DNA from: Candidatus Woesearchaeota archaeon
GTDB taxonomy: Archaea > Nanobdellota > Nanobdellia > UBA10117 > ARS21
Assembly: GCA_038128845.1 (NCBI GenBank)
Contig: JAYPKL010000002.1
Location: 5,604-69,603, forward strand
Length of the DNA: 64,000 nt
Direction of reading: 5' to 3'
The notes beneath the pieces are model-generated. The model made no database searches. It saw nothing but the letters and a program-made list of their open reading frames with translations, and was not told the origin of the DNA. The position numbers and the translations under genes are program-made. Shown here one piece after another: positions 48,401 through 57,090 of this stretch (position 1 is its first letter; each line of letters opens with the position of its first letter).

Positions 48401-48714
48401 TAAGTTTTGCCTTGATGAGAGGGTATTCCACTAGAGATATATTGGATGAATGTTTTGCTGAGTGGAGAGATCATCCTATTTTGAGAAAAATAGAATCTGT
48501 ACTTAAAGGAGAACAAGAAAATAAAGTAATTCAGACTAAATTGGGTTCAACAGCGGATCAAAATATAACAATTGAAGAACCTGAAGAAGAAGATGCTATA
48601 AAGGCAATGGGCTATACGGGAGCAAAATGTAATGATTGTGGTGCAAGTATGATGCGACAAAATGGAGCATGCTTATTGTGTGATGTTTGTGGTGCAACTA
48701 CTGGTTGTTCATAA
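45439..48714 (+). CDS. nrdJ: Class II (adenosylcobalamin-dependent) ribonucleotide reductase
   Basis: PQPHACFI, SGGTTRRAAKM, NPCSEY, IAPTGT, AISKTIN and a C-terminal Zn ribbon ending GCS. Confidence 0.96.
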   Translation: MEEYTEQREITNGLVIDRKFTKEDVSAYDMFNYDLRSSVIRNPDGSVVFEMNNVEVPSFYSQIATDILAQKYFRKRGVPTTDENGNPVLGSENSIKQVVNRMVGCWTNWGKEYNYFNSTKDAKAFYEEMSYMMLNQMAVPNSPQWFNTGLYWAYNIEGKPQGHSFVNPKTSELEYSRNAYERPQPHACFILSVKDDLVNKGGIFDLVTREARIFKYGSGVGTNFSTIRGKGEQLSGGGTSSGLMSFLKINDAAAGAVKSGGTTRRAAKMVCLDIDHPEIEEFIKWKSEEENKVASLVSGNESCKLHVNNILKCAVSGGVDLQNNIELRDSIRDANNANVPVQMIVRAIELAKQGIAKFDFKKLDTYYEGEAYGTVSGQNSNNSVRVSNEFFKSLTNNENFNLTNRTNGEVFKTVSADKLWNDIAMSAWISADPGLQYDTTINEWHTCPSSGRINASNPCSEYMFLDDTACNLASINLVKFYDESTGTFDIERYKHAVKLWTITLEISVLMAQFPSESVAQRSYDFRTLGLGYANLGSLLMKMALPYDSEKGRAIAGALTSIMCGESYATSAKMAQVHGAFARYEENKDHMLRVIRNHRRAAYNATKESYEGLTVLPMGLDQDLVPKDMLSAAHQSWDNALELGQKFGYRNAQTTVIAPTGTIALIMDCDTTGIEPDFATVKFKKLAGGGYFKIVNNSIKPALIKLGYSEEEIRSIEKYCVGHGSIRDAPYINFESLRSKGFGDEQLNALESNAKGAFEIKFIFNKFVLGEDFCKSLGFSDEKMNDPSFNMLKELGYSSSEIAAADEYLCGTMTLEGAPHLKGEHYKIFDCANKCGKKGTRYIHHDGHIKMMAAAQPFISGAISKTINMPKETTIEEIKSAYFDSWKYMVKAVALYRDESKLSQPLSTSSGISGELDTIFNEDKKTVTLTNEPIVQELVENIAHHKVGPQDLYIHSYNNPSGNLAKIKLVMPKTTPSNQELLDFVGTTISFALMRGYSTRDILDECFAEWRDHPILRKIESVLKGEQENKVIQTKLGSTADQNITIEEPEEEDAIKAMGYTGAKCNDCGASMMRQNGACLLCDVCGATTGCS

Positions 48715-48716
48715 TT

Positions 48717-49256
48717 ATGTCAATTTCAACTAAGACTGGAGATTCTGGAAATACATCCTTGTTTGATGGTAGTAGAATAGGTAAAAATTCTACAAGTATT
48801 GAATCGGTTGGCACTTGTGATGAATTAAATTCTTTATTAGGTATAATTCAATCAAAGTATAAATTAGATAAATTAACTATACTTCAAAATGAATTATTTG
48901 TTGTTGGATCAGATATAGCAACACCTATGAACACAATTCATGAAGATAGAACAAAAAGAATAAAGCAAAGACACTTAGAACGAATTGAATCTGAAATATT
49001 AAATCTTGAAAATAAAATGGGTCCAATAACTAATTTTGTACTTCCTGGTGGACATAGCATTTCTGCAAAATTACAATATGCACGTACAATTTGTAGAAAA
49101 TTAGAAAGAAATGTAGTAAATCTTAGTCTAGAAAGGGATATTAATAAGATTTTAATCAAATATATAAATAGATTATCGGATTACATATTTTTGTTAGCAT
49201 TAGATATAAACAATGAATTTGGAGTTAAATCTGAGGATGTTAATTTTGAAATTTAA
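48717..49256 (+). CDS. pduO: PduO-type ATP:cob(I)alamin adenosyltransferase
   Basis: TKTGDSG.T, GTCDELNS, FVLPGG, RTICR..ER and YINRLSD. Confidence 0.93.
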   Translation: MSISTKTGDSGNTSLFDGSRIGKNSTSIESVGTCDELNSLLGIIQSKYKLDKLTILQNELFVVGSDIATPMNTIHEDRTKRIKQRHLERIESEILNLENKMGPITNFVLPGGHSISAKLQYARTICRKLERNVVNLSLERDINKILIKYINRLSDYIFLLALDINNEFGVKSEDVNFEI

Positions 49257-49396
49257 AGGAAACTAATTAATCCTTTGTACAAATGTATTATCATAATGGT
49301 TTTTAATAAAATATTAATAATTGCTGAATCAAAACTAACATAAAGTAAAAAAAATGCAGCAAATAAGTCTGCCAATCCGAAGATTCTAACTAACAT
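49253..49396 (-). CDS. 47-aa two-helix membrane micro-protein (not in ORF track)
   Basis: MLVRIFGLADLFAAFFLLYV...HLYKGLISFL; directly downstream of glyS. Confidence 0.6.
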   Translation of the reverse strand: MLVRIFGLADLFAAFFLLYVSFDSAIINILLKTIMIIHLYKGLISFL

Positions 49397-49400
49397 AAAA

Positions 49401-50849
49401 TTATTTTAAGTCTTTAATTTTTATTCTTTTCTGTATCATACTATCTCTATCTCTAATAGTTACAGTATTGTTTTCCATCGATTCGTAATCTATGGTTATA
49501 CAATTTTTTGTACCAATCTCGTCTTGTCTTCTATATCGCTTTCCAATCGAACCAGATATATCAAAAATTATATTAGAATCCTTTTTTCTCAAATTATTGA
49601 ATACTTCTTCTGCCTTTTCTAAAAGACCATCTTTTTTTTGTAAAGGAAATACTGCAAATTTGTACAATTGTAAACTTGAAGGTAATTTCAAAACAGTACG
49701 TGTATCGTTTTCAACTTCTTCTTCTACTAAAAATAAATCAATTAATGAATAAACAAGTCGATCTGTACCGAAAGCTAACTCCATTATATGCGGAATTTCA
49801 CCCTCTGCATCCAACTTTTTATTAGATTTATTTTGATGTTGAGTTAAATCATAATCTTTTCTATCGTGAATACCTGCTACCTCGATCCAAGATTGAGTTT
49901 TTGTTAATATCTCTAAATCCCATGCATCTTCTGCATAAAATGCCATTTCTGAAGGATTATGTTGTCTGAATCTTAATTTTTCTAATGGAATTTCAAATTC
50001 GGATATAATTTGATTTGCTAAGAACATAGCTTTTGCAAATGATCTGCTCTTAAATATACCTTTTTTTAGACATGTTTCAATTTTAATTAATTTTGCAGAT
50101 TTCTTTTCTTCTTGATCTTGATAACTAAACAATTTAATTTCTGAATTTAAAATGTCTTCAGATAATTCTATTTCTCTTTTTTGATTTTCTGTATAAAAAA
50201 TTTGAGCTTCTGCTTGAGTAAATTCTCTACCTCTCAATACACTATTTCTAGGAGAAATTTCATTTCTGAAGGCCTTACCTATTTGAAATACTCCGAAAGG
50301 TAATTTTTTTCTAAAAAATTCATAATATGATTTAAATGGCAGATAAGTCATCGTAGCAGTTTCTGGACGATTAAACGCTCTTCTATCAACTGAAACTTTA
50401 GTTTCCATCATTAAATCATGATCCAAAATTTCTTTTTTTAATTCTAGACCGTTTGGAGCTTTTATTTTTTTATCAGATATAAATTTCAAAAGTTCTTTTT
50501 TATTCATAGAACCGATATTGTAATTATCAGGTGAGTCTTTATTTCTAATTAAAAATTCTTCAATTAATTTATCAACTCGATAAACGTTGCCTTTTTCATC
50601 TTTGATAAGTGGATCTGTAAACTTTCCTAAATGACCTGATGCTTCCCAGACAATTTCTGGTGCAATTATTGGAGTTTCTACTTCAAGAATATTATTTTCA
50701 TTAAATTTTTTTCGTAATATAGACTCAACATTATTTTTTAATTTTTTTCCGTTTGGACCATATGTATATAAACCTGCAATACCGTCGTATATTTCTGGTT
50801 CAGGACCCCAAATAAATCCATTTTTCTTAAGATAGGCATGAATATCCAT
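49401..50849 (-). CDS. glyS: Glycyl-tRNA synthetase (alpha2 type)
   Basis: WEASGH, RPETA, GKAFRNEISPR, REFTQAE and SIGKRYRRQDEIGT. Confidence 0.96.
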   Translation of the reverse strand: MDIHAYLKKNGFIWGPEPEIYDGIAGLYTYGPNGKKLKNNVESILRKKFNENNILEVETPIIAPEIVWEASGHLGKFTDPLIKDEKGNVYRVDKLIEEFLIRNKDSPDNYNIGSMNKKELLKFISDKKIKAPNGLELKKEILDHDLMMETKVSVDRRAFNRPETATMTYLPFKSYYEFFRKKLPFGVFQIGKAFRNEISPRNSVLRGREFTQAEAQIFYTENQKREIELSEDILNSEIKLFSYQDQEEKKSAKLIKIETCLKKGIFKSRSFAKAMFLANQIISEFEIPLEKLRFRQHNPSEMAFYAEDAWDLEILTKTQSWIEVAGIHDRKDYDLTQHQNKSNKKLDAEGEIPHIMELAFGTDRLVYSLIDLFLVEEEVENDTRTVLKLPSSLQLYKFAVFPLQKKDGLLEKAEEVFNNLRKKDSNIIFDISGSIGKRYRRQDEIGTKNCITIDYESMENNTVTIRDRDSMIQKRIKIKDLK

Positions 50850-50923
50850 ATAATATGTTATTGATTAGATTATTAATACTTTCTTTACAAGAAAATTTAT
50901 ATATAATCAAATTAAAAATTAAT

Positions 50924-51310
50924 ATGGTGGAAATATTTGGTCCAATTATTATGACAATTATTATTGGCGCTATTGATTTATTTTTTATGGTAAAAGATTT
51001 ATCTGGAGATGCAAAATCCACAATCGGTCATGCTTTTGGTGCATTAATTCCAATAGGAATATTGAATGCAGTAGCATTTAATATGAGTTTACTTGAAGGA
51101 TTGGGAATCGGATTTCTATCAAATCAATATATAGTATTATTTTTACTTGCAATAATTGCTGCAATAATAGTTCATGCTAAATCTGCAGCATTTAAGGGAT
51201 CAAGAGGAGTTGGATCACATGAAACTTGGGCACATAGTTTCATTATTGGTATTTTAATTGCTGCCTCTCCGTTTATTTATCCTTTAATTGAAGTTTACTT
51301 ACCTTTCTAA
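50924..51310 (+). CDS. Hypothetical multi-TM membrane protein with His residues
   Basis: Four hydrophobic segments; GH, VH.K and HETWAH; likely ATG 50924. Confidence 0.65.
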   Translation: MVEIFGPIIMTIIIGAIDLFFMVKDLSGDAKSTIGHAFGALIPIGILNAVAFNMSLLEGLGIGFLSNQYIVLFLLAIIAAIIVHAKSAAFKGSRGVGSHETWAHSFIIGILIAASPFIYPLIEVYLPF

Positions 51311-51314
51311 TAAA

Positions 51315-51902
51315 ATGAAAATTCTAGAAGATATGAACATACCTTACTTGGTTAAAGATACATATTCAAATAAAGTAAAATTAGAAATTAATGAATCAGG
51401 ATTATTAATAACTGCAAATTTAAAAAATCAAGAATTTTTAGAAAATTTTATTTTAACTAAAAAATATTGGATAAAAAATAATTGGAAAAAATACGAATTA
51501 ACTATTGGAAAAAAAATATTTTTAGGAAAAGAAAATTCCGATTTAAATAATTTAAATGATGTTGAATTAAAAAAATTTTACAAAAAAGAAACTGAAAGAA
51601 TAGTAAAAGGTCTGGTAGAAATCTATAATGAAGGTAATAAATTTAAAATTAAAGATATACGTATAAAAAATCAAAAAACAAGATGGGGTTCATGCTCAAG
51701 TATCGGAAATTTAAATTTTAATTGGAAGCTATCTATGGCTCCATATGAGGTTATAGAATATGTAGTTATTCATGAATTATGTCATAGACTTCAGATGAAT
51801 CATTCTAATTTATTTTGGAATGAAGTTAAAAAACTTTGTCCGGATTATAAAAAACATTCAAATTGGTTAAAAGAAAATCACTTTAGACTGAATTTACTTT
51901 AA
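51315..51902 (+). CDS. YgjP/DUF45-like zinc metallohydrolase
   Basis: QKTRWGSCS, YVVIHELCH and NHS..FW. Confidence 0.9.
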   Translation: MKILEDMNIPYLVKDTYSNKVKLEINESGLLITANLKNQEFLENFILTKKYWIKNNWKKYELTIGKKIFLGKENSDLNNLNDVELKKFYKKETERIVKGLVEIYNEGNKFKIKDIRIKNQKTRWGSCSSIGNLNFNWKLSMAPYEVIEYVVIHELCHRLQMNHSNLFWNEVKKLCPDYKKHSNWLKENHFRLNLL

Positions 51903-52077
51903 TTACCCATTGCGTTATCAAATTTGGATCTAAGGAAGGTTTTGTTCTTTTTATATTATTATAATTGAAACTTTTTCTGCATATTCTACAAGATATTCTA
52001 GTTTTATTAGAAAAATTATTTGAAGATGAGGCAGTAGCTCTTTTACAATTGGGACAAATCCAGCCTATATATTCCAT
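51883..52077 (-). CDS. Small zinc-ribbon protein (DUF1922-like)
   Basis: CPNC...CRIC; coupled to the endA stop. Confidence 0.65.
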   Translation of the reverse strand: MEYIGWICPNCKRATASSSNNFSNKTRISCRICRKSFNYNNIKRTKPSLDPNLITQWVIKVNSV

Positions 52078-52544
52078 TATAATTTTTTCCAAGAAATTTC
52101 AAAATAACTAATACCGTTTTCAGAATCTAAATATGCTAGTATTATATTCTTTTTTGTAGAGTTAGCTAATCTATTCATTGCAGAAAAATCTTTTTTTGAT
52201 ATTTTATCTTTAGTTATAACATTTAGCAACCATTTTGAATGTTCATTAAATTTATTTTTATCGTAAACCCTAAAATCTGATCCAAACTTTAATCCGCTCT
52301 TTAATATATATCCTTTTTTTCTTAAATCAGAATAAATTATGAATTTATTATAGATGTTTTTACTAAATTTTAATATAGCAGTGTCAAGAGAATAGTTTGT
52401 TTTTATTTTATTATTTGAAACTAAATATAGAAATTCTTCTGGCATTAAAACTAATTTTCCATACTCAATTATACCGAAGTTTTTTTGATGTAAATTTAAA
52501 TTATCGGTAATAACCTTATCTCTAAATACTTTAATTTCATCCAT
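52077..52544 (-). CDS. endA: tRNA-splicing endonuclease, catalytic subunit
   Basis: EE.LYL, Y.DLR.KGY...G.KFGSDFRVY, HS and R.A.S.KK (Y/H/K triad). Confidence 0.92.
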   Translation of the reverse strand: MDEIKVFRDKVITDNLNLHQKNFGIIEYGKLVLMPEEFLYLVSNNKIKTNYSLDTAILKFSKNIYNKFIIYSDLRKKGYILKSGLKFGSDFRVYDKNKFNEHSKWLLNVITKDKISKKDFSAMNRLANSTKKNIILAYLDSENGISYFEISWKKL

Positions 52545-52583
52545 AAAAAATTAGTTTTTTATAGCTTTAAAAATTATCTAAAT

Positions 52584-53492
52584 ATGAAAATACGTATATT
52601 AGGAACATCTTCTGCATTTCCTACAAAAGAAAGAAATCATTCTGCAAATATGATAAATTATTCGGGAGATAATTTATTATTTGATTGTGGAGAGGGAACT
52701 CAAAGACAAATTAGAATTGCTAAAGAGAATCCTCAAAAAATAAATGCAATATTCATTTCTCATTGGCATGGAGATCACAGTATGGGATTACCGGGATTAA
52801 TTCAAAGTATGGGTATGAATAGAAGAACAAAAAAATTATTATTTTTTGGTCCCAAGGGAAGTGAAAAAAAACTAAAAGCATTATTAGATGTTTTTGATTC
52901 CGATAAATTATCTTATAAAATTGAAGTTAATGAAATTGATCCAAAAGGAATAGAAACAATAATGGAAACATCTTCTTACAAAATTAATTGCATTAAACTA
53001 AATCATACAGTCGACTGTCTCGGATTTTCTTTCATTGAAAAAGATAAGATTCGAATTAATACAGATTATTTAAAATCAAGAAAAATTCCAATTGTACATC
53101 CTGAGTTAAAGGGTCTTTCTCAAGGAAAAGATATAGAAATAGATGGTAAAAAAATAGAATATAACAAATCAACATATACTGAAAAAGGTAAAAAAATAAC
53201 GATTATTTTAGACTCATCATATGATGAAAATTTAATTAAACTAGCAAAAGATTCAGATATTTTATTATGTGAGTCTACTTTTTCAAACAAAGTAAAGGAA
53301 TCTGCAAAAAAAGGAGGTCATATGACTTCCAAAGAAGCAGCAAAACTTGCTAAAATATCTGATTCAAAAAAATTAGTTTTAACTCATTTTTCACAAAGAT
53401 ATAAATCAACAGATGAGCTATATTCTGAAGCTAAATCCATATATAAAAATGAAATTATTATGGCTAAAGACTTTATGGAAATTAAAGTCTAA
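52584..53492 (+). CDS. rnz: Ribonuclease Z
   Basis: LGTS..P...R, DCGEG, HWHGDH, ESTF, GHMT and THFSQRY. Confidence 0.95.
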   Translation: MKIRILGTSSAFPTKERNHSANMINYSGDNLLFDCGEGTQRQIRIAKENPQKINAIFISHWHGDHSMGLPGLIQSMGMNRRTKKLLFFGPKGSEKKLKALLDVFDSDKLSYKIEVNEIDPKGIETIMETSSYKINCIKLNHTVDCLGFSFIEKDKIRINTDYLKSRKIPIVHPELKGLSQGKDIEIDGKKIEYNKSTYTEKGKKITIILDSSYDENLIKLAKDSDILLCESTFSNKVKESAKKGGHMTSKEAAKLAKISDSKKLVLTHFSQRYKSTDELYSEAKSIYKNEIIMAKDFMEIKV

Positions 53493-55711
53493 TCTTCTTC
53501 TAACCAATCTAAGAATCTATTCCAAAGAGATTTTTTATTTGAATTAGATTTTTTATTTGTTATTTTTTTTGTTTTTATTTTTTTATTTTCTGATTTTGAA
53601 TCTTCATCTAACCAATCTAAGAATCTATTCCAAAGAGATTTTGAATTTTTAGGAGTTTGTTCTTTTTCTAACCATTTGAAAAATCCATCTTTATAATTTT
53701 TAATTATATTTAATCTATTTTTATTAACTTTAGTTTTTGGTTTCTTTATTGTTTTTTTAATAACTTTATTTTTATTCTTCCAAGAGTTTATTTTTGAATA
53801 TATTTCTTTAAACTTATTTGATTTATTTTCTTTTTCATCTAACTCTTTTTCAAGTAAGTCTAAATCATATTTCCAATTTTTATTTAGCATATAAGTATAT
53901 CCAAATAATCCAATAATTAAAATCAAAAATACATACCAGAAATCAAGTAGTCTATTATTAATTCCAGATAAATAAGTTGATAATTTATTATAATATTCAT
54001 CCATTTGTGTAGTGGTATAATTAAATAATTGATAAAATGAATCCGATACATTATTATTTATAGTATTTATATTATTTTTAATTATAGATAGTCTTGATTC
54101 TTTTGTTTGAATTAATAAATTATTATTTGTTTCTTTTCCAAAGTCAGAATTAGAAACTAATTCAATAGCATATTCTTCATTAACTGAATCTCTTGGTACA
54201 GATATGAATAAAGATTCGGTGATTGATTGTTTAGAATTTAGCTCTATTTGTGCAGAAGATAAATCAGTGAATGAAATTGCATCTCCAAAAATGTCCAAGT
54301 TTAAATTTATGTTTCTTAAACCAGTGTTTGATATTTGGATTGGAATCATATTTGAAGATCCTGAAGTTAATTCAACAGAATTTCTTAATTCAATATCATA
54401 ATTATAACATGATTCAAATGGAAGTACACTTAATTTCATAGAATTTTCATGAACTTTCTCTGAATTTGGAAATGATGTAGAAAAATCAATATCATAAATT
54501 CCCGAACTTAAAGAGTCTGGTATTTTGATATCATAATTAAGTTCTTTTACGTTCTTTGAATTTAATAAAAACTCATTATTTTCTAATTTTAAAGTATCAA
54601 TTGAATTAACGTTTACTTTAACCCTTTCATCAAAAGAACCATCATTAGATATTGTTAATTTATTTGATATTTCGTCTCCTGGACAAACTTCAAAAAATTC
54701 TTTTTCAATAGTAGTACTTGATTGTCTACAATCTAATATATTTAGTAGTAAATTTACTTCTTCTTCTCTATTATTTGATTCTGAAGTTGCTTTTAATGAT
54801 ATTTGATATTCACCAACATCATCTAATTTTGGTAAAAATAATAAATTACCATTTGAATTTGAATTTGAATTTACAAATAAATTTTCTTTTGATAATGAAG
54901 CCCAATTTGGTTCACCCAAAAGTTCTAAATTATATTCATCATTTTCTGATCCAAAATTTTCTATAAAATATGGCACTGTTATTTCGGAATTACTACATGC
55001 GCTAATTAAATCTTCATCAACAGATAAATCAAAATTATAGCAATCAATTGAATTAACTCTTAAATTTGAATTTATTTCATTATTATTGTATTCTGATACA
55101 ATTTCAAAATCGTAAGTTCGAATTTTATCTGTTTTAAAAAATACATTAAATGAATTTGATTCTCCTGATTCTACAAATAAATTATTTTCTGAAAAAGATA
55201 TTTTATCTGAAAATTTATTATTGGAAAAAACAGAATAACTATTTGTCCAAATACCTTCATTTGTAATTAATCCATTAAAATCTGCTGTATCTCCAACACA
55301 AACAGTTCTTTCATAATTATCAAAAGTTAAAGAAGACGTATCACAATTATTTACATTTATATTTACATTTATTTTTTTACTTCTTTCATTATTTGAAGAA
55401 ACTATTATTTCTAATTCATAATTTCCTGGTTTAACATATTGATTTGGACTTACATAAATTTTTGATGATCCAATGGAATTTGAATCTAAACTAAATCCAT
55501 TTTGAGAAATAGAAGTAAAAGTTGCAGCGCTACCTGCAGTTGATAATGTAAATAAGTCTTGACTTCCGTAATTTAATAAATTCAAATTAATAACTTCAAA
55601 ATTACTTGGACATACAGAAACTGAACTTACATCAGTATCAATTTGATAGTCTGCGATTACTGGTGAAAATAATACTAATAATATTAATGAAAGATACTTT
55701 TTCATAAACAT
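53489..55711 (-). CDS. Large surface protein with tandem Ig-like domains, one TM and a repeat-bearing cytoplasmic tail
   Basis: Signal peptide; repeated C...VC...I.N.G units; TM FWYVFLILIIGLFGY; tail SLWNRFLDWL twice. Confidence 0.75.
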   Translation of the reverse strand: MFMKKYLSLILLVLFSPVIADYQIDTDVSSVSVCPSNFEVINLNLLNYGSQDLFTLSTAGSAATFTSISQNGFSLDSNSIGSSKIYVSPNQYVKPGNYELEIIVSSNNERSKKINVNINVNNCDTSSLTFDNYERTVCVGDTADFNGLITNEGIWTNSYSVFSNNKFSDKISFSENNLFVESGESNSFNVFFKTDKIRTYDFEIVSEYNNNEINSNLRVNSIDCYNFDLSVDEDLISACSNSEITVPYFIENFGSENDEYNLELLGEPNWASLSKENLFVNSNSNSNGNLLFLPKLDDVGEYQISLKATSESNNREEEVNLLLNILDCRQSSTTIEKEFFEVCPGDEISNKLTISNDGSFDERVKVNVNSIDTLKLENNEFLLNSKNVKELNYDIKIPDSLSSGIYDIDFSTSFPNSEKVHENSMKLSVLPFESCYNYDIELRNSVELTSGSSNMIPIQISNTGLRNINLNLDIFGDAISFTDLSSAQIELNSKQSITESLFISVPRDSVNEEYAIELVSNSDFGKETNNNLLIQTKESRLSIIKNNINTINNNVSDSFYQLFNYTTTQMDEYYNKLSTYLSGINNRLLDFWYVFLILIIGLFGYTYMLNKNWKYDLDLLEKELDEKENKSNKFKEIYSKINSWKNKNKVIKKTIKKPKTKVNKNRLNIIKNYKDGFFKWLEKEQTPKNSKSLWNRFLDWLDEDSKSENKKIKTKKITNKKSNSNKKSLWNRFLDWLEED
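53491..53642. repeat. Near-identical ~44-nt direct repeat (53491-53534 and 53599-53642) encoding KSLWNRFLDWL(D/E)ED
   Basis: AATCTTC(T/A)TCTAACCAATCTAAGAATCTATTCCAAAGAGATTTT occurs twice. Confidence 0.9.
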
Positions 55712-55756
55712 GATTTAATAAAATCAGTATATAAAGATTTATGCTTTAAAATCTAT

Positions 55757-55788
55757 AAAAAAAGAAAAAAGAGGGGAAAACCCCTCTT
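55757..55788 (-). terminator. Strong hairpin plus U-tract terminator after the S-layer-like gene
   Basis: Minus strand AAGAGGGG-TTTT-CCCCTCTT followed by TTTTCTTTTTTT. Confidence 0.8.
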
Positions 55789-57058
55789 AGTAATATTTCT
55801 TTGAACTTTTTCTTCCTCTTGATGAGGTTGAAGTTGCTCTTGAAGTTGCTCTTGAAGTTGTTGGCATTAATCCTCTATTAGAAACTAATAGGTAAACAAC
55901 TAATAAACCTGCAACTAACCATCCTAATGATAAATCATCAAAACCGTTGTTGTTTCCTTGGTTTAATCTTGCTTCTAATAATGCTGCAACTTGTTCTTCA
56001 GTTAATGAAGCTGCTTGGTTTCTAGCTTCAACATTTACAGTTGTGCTAGATGAAACAGAAACATCTTCATTTGCTACTGCAACAGTAACTAATTCATTTC
56101 CGGATGCTCCGGAAGGAAGAGTTAATGTAAAGTATCTAACTAATTCTTCATCTTCTTCAACAGTGAAGTAATCTGAAGTAACTGTTTGACCAGCTACAGA
56201 TAATGAAACTAATACATTATCTTCATCAGTTTGACCATTGTTTAAGATTGTAACAGCTACATCAACAGTTTCACCTGCTGCTGCATTGCTTACTCTTAAA
56301 TCAGTAACAACTAAACTGTGTTCATCTCTTTCAACAGTAATACCGTAAGTTTCTTCGAATAAAGTTCCTTCATCAGAAGTTGCTACCACATAAATTTGGT
56401 ATGTTCCTTCATCTAAATCTTCTTCAACGTCGAATTCCATTGTTACTACTTCTTCTTCTTCAACACCTAAGTTAAAGTCACCAGTTTCTTGAATATCTGA
56501 AACTCTTAATCCATTTCCATCAATTAAGTAAGCTTCTAAACTTACGTCATTGTAGATTGTATTACCGTTTTCCAATTCTAATTCAAGAACTATAGTATCT
56601 CCCGGAGATACTTCATCTTCATAATCGTTATCAGCAACTAAATTTGCTTCTAATTCATCAACAGTTTCTGGATTAACTGTAATATCTACAGAAGATCCGT
56701 TTAAGCTAGTGTATACACCACTAGTAGCACCATTTGATACTGCAAAAGTCAATGTTGCTCCATTTGCAACAGTACCTGCAACGAAAGTAGCGCTTGCTAC
56801 ACCGTTACCACCCGCAGTAACTGGACTTAAACTAACTGTTTGTGTTTGAGTAGCTACACCTGTACCTGAAACTGTTAAATCTAAAGTTTCAGCAGTTGTT
56901 ACACCTGTATAGGTGAAAGAAACTGTAAAAGTATCATCGCCATTTTCAATAGCTGCAATACTTGGTGTGCTTACTTCAGTTGCAGCACTAACTGGTATCA
57001 TTAAAGTTAATAATACCAAAAATGCTGTCATTGTTTTTCTTACTAAATTTTCCATCAC
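55787..57058 (-). CDS. Putative major S-layer/surface protein (CARDB-like Ig domains, C-terminal TM)
   Basis: Signal peptide; T/V/E/S-rich; strong SD GGAGGTGA; distinct codon usage with more C-ending codons. Confidence 0.75.
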   Translation of the reverse strand: MMENLVRKTMTAFLVLLTLMIPVSAATEVSTPSIAAIENGDDTFTVSFTYTGVTTAETLDLTVSGTGVATQTQTVSLSPVTAGGNGVASATFVAGTVANGATLTFAVSNGATSGVYTSLNGSSVDITVNPETVDELEANLVADNDYEDEVSPGDTIVLELELENGNTIYNDVSLEAYLIDGNGLRVSDIQETGDFNLGVEEEEVVTMEFDVEEDLDEGTYQIYVVATSDEGTLFEETYGITVERDEHSLVVTDLRVSNAAAGETVDVAVTILNNGQTDEDNVLVSLSVAGQTVTSDYFTVEEDEELVRYFTLTLPSGASGNELVTVAVANEDVSVSSSTTVNVEARNQAASLTEEQVAALLEARLNQGNNNGFDDLSLGWLVAGLLVVYLLVSNRGLMPTTSRATSRATSTSSRGRKSSKKYY

Positions 57059-57060
57059 GT

Positions 57061-57090
57061 TTCACCTCCGAAGTACTTCGGAACGGAGTA
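57061..57090 (-). promoter_or_regulatory. Structured intergenic leader overlapping the SD
   Basis: mRNA UACUCCGUUCCGAAGUACUUCGGAGGUGAA contains the palindrome UCCGAAGUACUUCGGA abutting GGAGGUGA. Confidence 0.55.

Noticed and set aside
45439..48714. Intein in the long NrdJ
   Set aside because: No intein termini (C...HN-C/S/T) or LAGLIDADG motif seen; the length fits the long NrdJ subfamily
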